Shown here: positions 1 to 7,878 of the stretch, piece after piece | Layout of the letters: each line of letters opens with the position of its first letter | How positions within the stretch are numbered: the first letter of the stretch is position 1 | From: Promethearchaeota archaeon | GTDB taxonomy: Archaea; Asgardarchaeota; Lokiarchaeia; Sigyniarchaeales; SOKP01 | Reading direction: 5' to 3' | DNA length: 17,277 nucleotides | Assembly: GCA_048938025.1 (NCBI GenBank) | Contig: JBHLMP010000040.1 | Span: forward strand, 1-17,277 | Translations under genes and position numbers: made by a program | The notes under the pieces: generated by a model | What the model was told of the DNA's origin: nothing | Database searches by the model: none | Seen by the model: only the letters and a program-made list of their open reading frames with translations

Positions 1-16
1 CAAATATTTCCGGCAT
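1..16 (-). CDS. Probable 5' end of a gene running off the left edge (MPEIF...), product unknown
   Basis: Minus-strand ATG at 16-14 with TTTATATA (44-37) about 21 nt upstream, the spacing of a leaderless or short-leader transcript. Only 5 codons are visible. Confidence 0.35.
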
Positions 17-241
17 TCACCCTGACAGGAACTGAATATATAAATTTCAATTATGCATAAAACAAATTTAAATAATAAAATCCTTTTTTTTTTTATTCTG
101 ATAATTAGCTTAAATAATACTTAAATCTCTATTTAAGATACTTTCAAATGCTTTTACTCCCATTGTTTCTCAATACTGTTTTTTATTAGGGGTTTTGATA
201 TCGTTACATCTGGAGAGGATTCAGATATCCTAACTCAGAAC

Positions 242-511
242 TTATTCAACTTTCTTTTTTGGTGGTTCGATATGTTCAAGAAGAGTAATATGAGATATGG
301 AAGGGTCGTAAAACTCATCTTGGTTGCGTGAAAGACGCCCTTCTACTCGAATCCATTGCCCCACTTTCGGTACAAACCCGTACTGGTTAAGTTTCGAAGT
401 ATTCACCAGCACAGAATAATAATCGAACCCTACTAACATTCGTACAGACATGTACCCATATGTATAGCTAAGGTTTATTTTCCGCTCTCCAGTTCGTACT
501 TCTACTATAAC
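242..511 (-). pseudogene. Small OB-fold-like protein, probably 5'-truncated or nonsense-interrupted; could instead be a 69-aa CDS starting at 451
   Basis: The frame stays open from 511 to the stop at 242 (VIVEVRTGERKINLSYTYGYMSVRMLVG...PKVGQWIRVEGRL). 'KVGQWIRVEGRL' resembles OB-fold strand 4. An in-frame TTG at 532 is cut off by TAA at 514-512. The segment is more GC-rich than its flanks. Confidence 0.45.
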
Positions 512-660
512 TTAGAAGGGTGAAGTTTTCAAAATTTAATGAATTAGATTTTTTAATTTTTGAAATTTCTATTATTTATTAAGGATTCAATTTTAAAAGA
601 AGAAGTATTTAATTTCAAGAATTAATATATAAAACTTAATTTTTAATCCGTGAAGGTATT

Positions 661-1875
661 TTGGGTAAGCAGACGCCCTCAAAAATATATAAGTTATATA
701 AACAAAAGAAGATTAATCAGATAAGGTTAATCGAGGATCTATTGACTGTTTATGAGCATTCAGATTCGAAATCAACAAGGTTAGAATGTTTAGAAATAAT
801 AGCCTTAGAGGGAGGAAAAACAGAAAGCATTTTTAAAAGTTTAGAGGAAATTGCATTATCTGATACTGATAAGGATGTAAGAATAAAGGCAACAGAGTAT
901 ATAATTAGGGATTTTCCTGAAAGGGGGCTCTTTTTAGTAAAATATTTAATAGAACAAAGTATTTCACTCGAATTCGTAATAAGGTTATGTAAAGTTATTG
1001 GTGAGACTACATTCACTTTAAAGGAAGAATTGTCTAATGATTATTTCAATTATTTAAAACAAGTTATATTACGAATTTTTGAACTTGAAGATACTTCTAG
1101 TTTTGAGTATTTATGGGGTGACTGGTTTAGTAGTACATCACGAAATTTTTGGCAATTTATGTCTAATTTAGAGAATCCAATTGGTTTTTTAGAAATTTTA
1201 GAATCTAATTTAGATAATACGGAAATTTTTTTATGGTTTTATAATTATTTATTTACGCAATTTAATATAACTCACTGGATCTTTTTCTTTAATAATCCTA
1301 AATTCTCTGGTCATTTATTCAATATTATAAAATATTTAGAGGAAGAGAATCCCCCACAGCGGTTTTTTCAATTGAGTGAATTTTTTATGAACTTTGGAAA
1401 AGTCATAACGAATAACCAACAAGATAGAATCTTAGAAATCTTAAGAAAAAGCAATTTATTTGATTTAGCACTTTTATTGGTTTTTGAATGGTTTGAATAT
1501 TTCGAGAAGGAAAAATTAGAAGATTTGATTAAAGATCCCAAATACAATTTTAATGAAAAAATAAGTGAAATCATCAGAAGTGATAGATTTGGATTTCTTA
1601 CACATGAAAATTTCTTTTATTGCTTAATAGGATTTCTTTATAGAATTTATGAAGAATTTGATAAAAGTCATCTAAATCAACTATTTGATCATTTTAACCT
1701 TGAATTTAGAGATATATTTCTCTCCAAGTTGTTTGAAATAGTTAATTCATCGGAAAATGTTCAATTATCTATTCGAATGAAATTAGATAAGAATTACAGA
1801 ATTTTAGCGTATAGACTTTTAAAATATCTTTTAGAGTATTATGATCTAAAAAAGAATTTATACAATCAATTATAA
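661..1875 (+). CDS. Hypothetical alpha-helical protein with N-terminal HEAT-like repeat(s), Lokiarchaeia-type
   Basis: 404-aa ORF with TTG start. 'SDSKSTRLECLEII' and 'LSDTDKDVRIKATEYI' are HEAT-like (D-x-x-x-x-V-R-x-x-A). The remainder is rich in F/L/E and looks helical. Confidence 0.75.
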   Translation: MGKQTPSKIYKLYKQKKINQIRLIEDLLTVYEHSDSKSTRLECLEIIALEGGKTESIFKSLEEIALSDTDKDVRIKATEYIIRDFPERGLFLVKYLIEQSISLEFVIRLCKVIGETTFTLKEELSNDYFNYLKQVILRIFELEDTSSFEYLWGDWFSSTSRNFWQFMSNLENPIGFLEILESNLDNTEIFLWFYNYLFTQFNITHWIFFFNNPKFSGHLFNIIKYLEEENPPQRFFQLSEFFMNFGKVITNNQQDRILEILRKSNLFDLALLLVFEWFEYFEKEKLEDLIKDPKYNFNEKISEIIRSDRFGFLTHENFFYCLIGFLYRIYEEFDKSHLNQLFDHFNLEFRDIFLSKLFEIVNSSENVQLSIRMKLDKNYRILAYRLLKYLLEYYDLKKNLYNQL

Positions 1876-1883
1876 AGACACTT

Positions 1884-1922
1884 ATTGCTAGGTGAACTAA
1901 TTGCTAGGTGAATTAATTGCTA
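1884..1922 (+). repeat. 16-bp tandem repeat, about 2.4 copies (ATTGCTAGGTGAAYTA), spanning the EamA start
   Basis: ATTGCTAGGTGAACTA (1884-1899), ATTGCTAGGTGAATTA (1900-1915), ATTGCTA (1916-1922). Confidence 0.9.
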
Positions 1923-2878
1923 TTTTAGCATGTCTCACTTTTGTTACCTCTAATGTCTTATTTAGAAAAACAGAACATGAAGCTTCTCCAGTGTATATTA
2001 ATGTGGTTCGAACCGCAATCGGAACTCTTACATTTATTATAGTTGCAATAATATTTGGAATATTATGCGAAATCTTTTCACTTCCATGGGGATTATGGGT
2101 TATTCTTGTAGTAAGTTTTATTTTTGGACAAGTAATAGGAGATACATCATATTTTTCTGCTCAAAAAAATCTCGGTGTAACTATAACTCTAGCACTAGCA
2201 ATGACATTTCCTCTCTTTACTTTTATTTTATCAATGGTGTTTCTTAACAGACCTTTTGATTATAGATTTATTATTTCTACAATTCTAGTAGGGATCGGAG
2301 TAATTATAATTGGAAAATGTAAAATTCCTATGAACGATATAAACACATTAAACAGTTCTCAAGAGGATATTAACGAAACAACGAAAAATTTAAATCCTAA
2401 ATCCTTAATTATGGTTAAAGCAATAGTTTTAGCTTTAATTGCATCTCTTGGTTGGGCAATTGGAGCTGTGCTAATTGATTTCGCTACTAATGAAATTGAT
2501 CGAATATTAGATACAGACACTTTAAGCTCAATAATAGCGAATGTAATCCGGTTTCCTTTTGCATTATTAATATTACTTTCAATTGTTTGGAGAGAAAAAT
2601 ATCTTTATTCCAAATCAAATTCTTTACCAAAGAAAAATAGATCTTCCCAAACATGGGTTTGGTTGATTCTTGCCTCTATTATTGGAACCTCAATGGGGGC
2701 ATATTTATATACAGAAGCAATACGCCTAGCAGGAGCATCATTAATGTCTTTAATAGCTACTGCAACTCCTTTATTTTCACTTCCCCTTACTTATTTTATC
2801 AATCACGAAAAAATATCAAGACTGGGATTCCTAGGAGTAATAATTACAATTATAGGAGTGCTGTTAATTCTGATTTAA
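1901..2878 (+). CDS. EamA/DMT family (drug/metabolite) transporter
   Basis: 325 aa, about 10 TM helices in two repeated halves. Typical motifs 'G.L.AILA', 'R..IG', 'MTFPLFTFILSMVFLN' and 'ATPLFSLPLTYFINHEKI'. GGTGA lies 5 nt before the TTG. Confidence 0.9.
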   Translation: MLGELIAILACLTFVTSNVLFRKTEHEASPVYINVVRTAIGTLTFIIVAIIFGILCEIFSLPWGLWVILVVSFIFGQVIGDTSYFSAQKNLGVTITLALAMTFPLFTFILSMVFLNRPFDYRFIISTILVGIGVIIIGKCKIPMNDINTLNSSQEDINETTKNLNPKSLIMVKAIVLALIASLGWAIGAVLIDFATNEIDRILDTDTLSSIIANVIRFPFALLILLSIVWREKYLYSKSNSLPKKNRSSQTWVWLILASIIGTSMGAYLYTEAIRLAGASLMSLIATATPLFSLPLTYFINHEKISRLGFLGVIITIIGVLLILI

Positions 2879-2903
2879 TATCATGTGCTTTACTATTATA
2901 AGG

Positions 2904-3021
2904 AAAAAAAAAATATTGGTTAATAACTATAGCTAATCTATTTAATATTTGATTGAGATTAATAAATTCTTTTGAGTATTAAAGATATACCAATCAAATA
3001 ACTATAAAATAAATAAAAAAA
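2904..3021 (-). terminator. Oligo-T terminator tracts downstream of the EEP membrane gene
   Basis: A10 at 2904-2913 and A7 at 3015-3021 read as T-runs on the minus strand in a convergent intergenic region. Confidence 0.45.
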
Positions 3022-3043
3022 GAAAAATTTCGTTAAAATTTGA

Positions 3044-5134
3044 TTATACTCTGATTGATGTTAATAACGCAGGATGATCTGATGCAGTACCCCCGAAATA
3101 AGTTACTTCTATATAGGCGCTTTTAGCTGTTAAATCGGGTGATATAAACACATAGTCTACTCTTTCATCAGGAAGTCGAGGTTCCCAATCATTTGGAACA
3201 TCACCAATTAAGGTTGAATTTGCGATTTCCCAACAATCATCTAAAGGATGGACTAATGTAATATTATACTGTTCAGTATGAGGTCGGAAATTAAAATCTC
3301 CCAGTAATATAACATTAGTTTTTGTTCCAATTCTTTCTAATAACTGTTCTTGTTGGATTATATGAGATTCATCATATGGAGGTATGGTAGGGTCTATAAA
3401 CTCACCAAGGTGAGTAACAAATACATTATAGGTAATAGCTCCAATTGTTATTTGTGCTTCGATAGTTGCTGTCTGCTCTCCTTCACTTTCCATATAAAAC
3501 GTTTTTGCGTTTTTAATAGGATATCTTGATAATAAAGCTATACCATAGGTGCCAGTGACAGTCTTTGGACCGAAATATGAATAGTATCTCAGTCGATTAT
3601 TGATATATCTTACGAAATCTGCATTTCCATTAGAAATTCTACAAGTATCAGACTCTTCTAGCCCTATTATTGAAGCATTAGCATTTTTAATAACCTCATA
3701 TTGCCCTTCAAAATTTTTGTCTCCATTTTCATCAAAACCTTGCTGAATATTATAAGATAAAATTCGTATTGGATTGTCTATAGCATATTTCTTTGGTGGC
3801 ATCTCAAGCAAAACTACTCCAATTATTGTCCCAAAACATATTATCGATATTAAACCCGAAATTTTAAGCTTGGCCTTAAGGTTATTTCTCGATTGTTTTG
3901 TAAAGAATAATGAATCTTTTTTTACTAAGAAAATTGGTAAAGCCATTACTAATCCAACAATTAGATATACAAACCAGATCATATCTCTAAAAAACGCTCC
4001 AATATAAGGCACGTAATCCCAAACTGTTGTAAATACAGCAGAAAAAATCATGAGCAAAAAATATATTGATGTTATAAAGAAACTCCCTCCAATCTTTCGA
4101 ATAGATGGTCTACTCCTGAAAAGTTCTCTTGTTAACAAGGTAAAATCAATTAAAATTATTGGTGAGAGGATTAGCATAATATAAAGTAGGATTTGATGTA
4201 ATATAGTAGTTGTAGGAGCATAAACAGGGTACGATGTTATAAATAAGAAAGGTATCTGATGAATTCCAATATTTAAAACGAGCATTAGAACAAAAAGACC
4301 ATTCCAAACTAAGAGCCCCTTAAAAGTAATTCTTTTAATTAAATCTGGTTTAAAAGCAACAAGAAAGATAAAAACTGTTATTGCTAAAATTATTATTATT
4401 GTAATTGCAGTATAATTCCCTTCAGTCCATCGCGAAATTACACCAGGACTACTAAAAGCGAAATAAATTAATACCAAAATACTTGTTATACCAAAACTTA
4501 ATCCCAGAACTTTCCATTTACTACCTTTTTTTTCTTTATTGGATTCATTAAAACTTATTTGTTCTCCAAAAATTTTTGTCATTCGATCAGGATTTAAGAA
4601 ATTTATCAGCATAATTGCAGCAATAGCAGCAAGAATCCAACTAAGCCATAAGAACCAAAAATGATATGTAATATCAAGTGTAGAACCTAAAGTTCTCAAG
4701 AGAATTGTCATTGCTAAACCAATACTTAATTCTGTTCCTATTAATAAACTGTTTTTTTCTTCATTTGTTTTCGATTTTGATTGAAGAAAAACAGGGAGAA
4801 AGAGCATAAAGCAGAAAACTCCTATACCGGTCAACACCATCTTAAGTTGCGTACCAAACAAAGGTTCTAAAATTCTACACATTATCATAGTTTCGCCAAT
4901 AATTACCATTCCTCTATCTGGGAATCCTTTTTTGAACAGTGGTATTAACAATATTATAGGACTTAACAAAAAAAGAGCAGCAGCAGCATTCTCATTCAAT
5001 TCGACTTCAATAAGGTTCAAAGAATAAATTGATTCAATAAAATCCGACATCAGTTGGAAAAAGAACAGAAATAGTATGCTAATGAGAATTAATTCTGAAT
5101 AATATTTACTAAAATATTTATTATAGATTTCCAT
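3044..5134 (-). CDS. Multi-pass membrane protein with C-terminal endonuclease/exonuclease/phosphatase (EEP) domain, Cwh43/PGAP2IP-like
   Basis: About 12-13 TM helices in aa 1-445, then EEP motifs SYNI, GLEESD, GIALLSRYPI, VTHLG, LLGDFN, RVDYVF and ASDHP. The stretch 'IGLEESD..RI..GN.D......L.YY..FGP....T.G.ALLSRYPI' recalls the Cwh43 C-terminal domain. Confidence 0.85.
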   Translation of the reverse strand: MEIYNKYFSKYYSELILISILFLFFFQLMSDFIESIYSLNLIEVELNENAAAALFLLSPIILLIPLFKKGFPDRGMVIIGETMIMCRILEPLFGTQLKMVLTGIGVFCFMLFLPVFLQSKSKTNEEKNSLLIGTELSIGLAMTILLRTLGSTLDITYHFWFLWLSWILAAIAAIMLINFLNPDRMTKIFGEQISFNESNKEKKGSKWKVLGLSFGITSILVLIYFAFSSPGVISRWTEGNYTAITIIIILAITVFIFLVAFKPDLIKRITFKGLLVWNGLFVLMLVLNIGIHQIPFLFITSYPVYAPTTTILHQILLYIMLILSPIILIDFTLLTRELFRSRPSIRKIGGSFFITSIYFLLMIFSAVFTTVWDYVPYIGAFFRDMIWFVYLIVGLVMALPIFLVKKDSLFFTKQSRNNLKAKLKISGLISIICFGTIIGVVLLEMPPKKYAIDNPIRILSYNIQQGFDENGDKNFEGQYEVIKNANASIIGLEESDTCRISNGNADFVRYINNRLRYYSYFGPKTVTGTYGIALLSRYPIKNAKTFYMESEGEQTATIEAQITIGAITYNVFVTHLGEFIDPTIPPYDESHIIQQEQLLERIGTKTNVILLGDFNFRPHTEQYNITLVHPLDDCWEIANSTLIGDVPNDWEPRLPDERVDYVFISPDLTAKSAYIEVTYFGGTASDHPALLTSIRV

Positions 5135-5154
5135 AATAAATACTTTAAAATCTT

Positions 5155-5184
5155 CTTATATATAAATCTTAAATTATTTTAAGA
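5155..5184 (-). promoter_or_regulatory. TATA box (TTTATATA) with an adjacent 7-bp inverted repeat upstream of the EEP gene
   Basis: TTTATATA on the minus strand at 5166-5159, about 25 nt before ATG 5134. TCTTAAA-TTAT-TTTAAGA at 5167-5184. Confidence 0.5.
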
Positions 5185-5209
5185 AAGAATATGATTAAAA
5201 AAGTAATAT

Positions 5210-6580
5210 TTATAGATTAAGCCTATTTAACTCTTCTTTAATCCTTTCTACTTTATCTGGTTTTAAGTCATATACTTTCCATAATAAGAGGAATGAAATA
5301 AAATAGAATATCATTGGCACTAATGCCATGATAACTCGTATACCAAATAGAGCTAAATCAGATTGATCAATACCACCAGGATTATATTTAGTAATTGTAT
5401 GAATAGTTGCGAATACAATTGCGCCTATAATATTCGATGAGCGCCCAAAGAATGTCCTAATTCCTGTATAGATTCCCTCTTTTCTTTTTCCCGTTTTTAC
5501 AACTATCTCATCAATTATATCAGAAAAAGCGGGATACATCAGGGTCCAAATCGCGCCAATAGTTACACCCAATAATGCAGTACCAATAATAGTGCCAATG
5601 ATATCTGATATAAAGAAAAAAGAAATAAAGGTAATCGCAGGTGAAATTGACCCATACAAATAGACTTTTCGATTACCTAATTTTCTTCCTAAAAAAACCC
5701 ATAAAGGAACCGAGACAACACTACCGACAAGAAAAGCAGCTGAGATAACCATCTCTATTTCCTCTCCCTCATTTAAAATATATCGCACCCAATATTGAAC
5801 GGACCCAAGTACAAGCATAAACACCATCATTTGTGCTAAATAAACAAATACATAAACCACAAAATTTTTTTGTTTAATTGCAAATTTTAACACTTGAAAG
5901 AAAGATTCGCTCTCTTTTTCACCATTAATTGATTTTACTGCACGCTCTCGCAATTCTTTATCCTCATGCATGCCTGGAATCATCAAAAATCCACTAATCA
6001 GACCAATTATTAGCACAACAAGACCAGAAATGGCATAACTTTCCTTATTACCATAATCAATAAAGATGGGAGGGATTAACATTCCAAAAGTTAAGCCAAT
6101 TTGCCCCAATAGAGTGCTTAATCCCCCTACTTTGGTTCGTTCTTTAATACTTCGAAATTTATCCGGAAAAAGGGCTAGCCAATTAGTCATCCATAAGGAA
6201 TAGAAGAGATCAAACATACAAATCGTAAACAATAACCAAAAAAAGACAATTATATCATTAGAACCAGGTACTGTAAAAATTAAAAGATAAAATACTGTAT
6301 AGGGAATAAAACTAACGATAAACCAAGGATATCTTCTCCCCCACCTACTTGTAAAACGTGTTTTCCGATCAGACAGGTAACCTGTAATTGGATCATTGAA
6401 CATATTCCAAATTCCGTACAGAATATACGCAACTCCGATGAATATTATCGGAAGGAGGATTTCATCCTCATAAAACCCGATAACCCTTATTGTAAATGCT
6501 GCTGTTAAAAAGTTGTCGAGGAAACCACCCATACCATAGGATGTATGAATTGCAGTAGAGTATGATTCAGTTTTACTCAT
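5210..6580 (-). CDS. MFS transporter, glycoside-pentoside-hexuronide (GPH/MelB; MFS_2) family
   Basis: 12 TM. Motifs 'WNMFNDPITGYLSDRKTRFTSRWGRRYPW', 'SDIIDE' and 'KTGKRKEGIYTG' are typical of GPH cation symporters. Confidence 0.92.
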   Translation of the reverse strand: MSKTESYSTAIHTSYGMGGFLDNFLTAAFTIRVIGFYEDEILLPIIFIGVAYILYGIWNMFNDPITGYLSDRKTRFTSRWGRRYPWFIVSFIPYTVFYLLIFTVPGSNDIIVFFWLLFTICMFDLFYSLWMTNWLALFPDKFRSIKERTKVGGLSTLLGQIGLTFGMLIPPIFIDYGNKESYAISGLVVLIIGLISGFLMIPGMHEDKELRERAVKSINGEKESESFFQVLKFAIKQKNFVVYVFVYLAQMMVFMLVLGSVQYWVRYILNEGEEIEMVISAAFLVGSVVSVPLWVFLGRKLGNRKVYLYGSISPAITFISFFFISDIIGTIIGTALLGVTIGAIWTLMYPAFSDIIDEIVVKTGKRKEGIYTGIRTFFGRSSNIIGAIVFATIHTITKYNPGGIDQSDLALFGIRVIMALVPMIFYFISFLLLWKVYDLKPDKVERIKEELNRLNL

Positions 6581-6629
6581 AATATATAATTGATAAAAGT
6601 ATTATAAAAAGCTATAAAAAGATCATAAT

Positions 6630-7799
6630 TTAATTTTCAATAATAAGAGTTTCATCAGTTGCATATCTCTTAAGTGCCTTTTCATCCAATTTGACACCCC
6701 AGCCTGGATCCTGAGACACTTTAGCAAAACCGTCACTATAATCAATGGGCTTGGTTATTAAATCATCTTCGAGCATTTCTTGACCAAATAATTCTGTAGC
6801 ATGATCAATTGAGTTATAATTAGCAGCATGAAAATGGATATGCATTGCCGAGGCTATACCAAGTGGTTGATTGTGTAAAACAATACTAATACCCTTACTT
6901 TTTGCATAGTTTAATGCCTTTAATGCATTAGTTACCCCTCCAGGTCGTTCTGAATTAATTCCAAGTATTCCAACCGCTTTTAACTCCACGAGCACTATAA
7001 AATCCTTTAGTGAAAAGAATCCTTCATGGGCCATCAATGGTATTTTAACATGTTTTTGAACGTAAGCCATTCCTAAATAATCATTAGCTCCAACTGGTTG
7101 TTCAGCAAAATCAATCTGGAAAGGTTCAATAGCCGTAATAGCTTTAATAGCATCTTGAGGATTATATGCCTGATTATAGTCTACCCGTATTCTAATCTTG
7201 GACCCTAATGCATTACGAATTGTCTCTACTATTTCCATATCCTCTTCTATGTTATTTCCCAGTTTTAATCTAAAAGTACGATAACCTTTTCTATAATAAC
7301 TCTTTACTATTCCTTTCATAAGTAGAGGACTTGTAAGGGGGATAAGTGCAGCAAGTGGGATTTTATCAATAATGTTATTGCCCATCAAATTATATGCTGG
7401 AAGTTCTTTTATTTGTCCCATTAAGTCATAGCATGCCATATCTAATATCCCTTTTGCAGCTTCACTTCTAGCGACATTATTATCCATCCTTTGATTAATT
7501 TTTTCGACATTAAATGGATTTTCTCCAATAACATAATTCGCTAAACCACTTTTTATAGAATCTATTATTTGATATGGAGTGACCCCGCTTTCAGGTAACC
7601 AAACAAAGGCTTCACCTAATCCAATATTGCCATCATTACAAATGAGTTTGCATATAACAAAATCACCACCTAACCATGGTTCCTCTGCTTTTATTGCCAT
7701 CCCTAACCCACCTTCACTTGATTGCATAACATGTTTTACAGGCTCTTTGAATGGCACAAATAATGGTGTTAATTCTATTTTTTCAATTTTAAGGGTCAA
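6630..7799 (-). CDS. Enolase-superfamily enzyme (mandelate racemase/muconate lactonizing enzyme family) with atypical catalytic residues
   Basis: N-terminal capping domain ('GNIGLGEA', 'AKGILDMACYDLMGQ'). Barrel motifs RLK, VDYNQ, AEQP and AHEG, and C-terminal 'PGWGVKLD'. TTG start. Confidence 0.9.
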   Translation of the reverse strand: MTLKIEKIELTPLFVPFKEPVKHVMQSSEGGLGMAIKAEEPWLGGDFVICKLICNDGNIGLGEAFVWLPESGVTPYQIIDSIKSGLANYVIGENPFNVEKINQRMDNNVARSEAAKGILDMACYDLMGQIKELPAYNLMGNNIIDKIPLAALIPLTSPLLMKGIVKSYYRKGYRTFRLKLGNNIEEDMEIVETIRNALGSKIRIRVDYNQAYNPQDAIKAITAIEPFQIDFAEQPVGANDYLGMAYVQKHVKIPLMAHEGFFSLKDFIVLVELKAVGILGINSERPGGVTNALKALNYAKSKGISIVLHNQPLGIASAMHIHFHAANYNSIDHATELFGQEMLEDDLITKPIDYSDGFAKVSQDPGWGVKLDEKALKRYATDETLIIEN

Positions 7800-7878
7800 A
7801 TTTTAGTCAACAATCTCTTCATTTTCTTTTGAAATTTATGAATAAATCGATTCAATAAAATAAAAAAAGAGAGAAAAA

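Noticed and set aside
186-233. Possible hairpin (ATCTGGA...TTCAGAT, two GATATC sites) as an ncRNA or SECIS element
   Set aside because: Weak stem, no convincing SECIS core, and no in-frame TGA gene nearby that needs readthrough.
16-524. 8-bp inverted repeat TTCACCCT (16-23) / AGGGTGAA (517-524) as IS or MITE ends
   Set aside because: Too short, identical to a Shine-Dalgarno-like word, with no clear target-site duplication and no transposase.
1884-1922. Repeat as a CRISPR array
   Set aside because: The 16-bp units are contiguous with no spacers, and there are no cas genes.
7796-7822. ATG-initiated MKRLLTKI* overlapping the TTG start of the enolase-family gene, as a frameshifted N-terminus
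   Set aside because: The TTG-started protein already begins with a complete family-typical first strand (LKIEKIEL), so no extension is needed.
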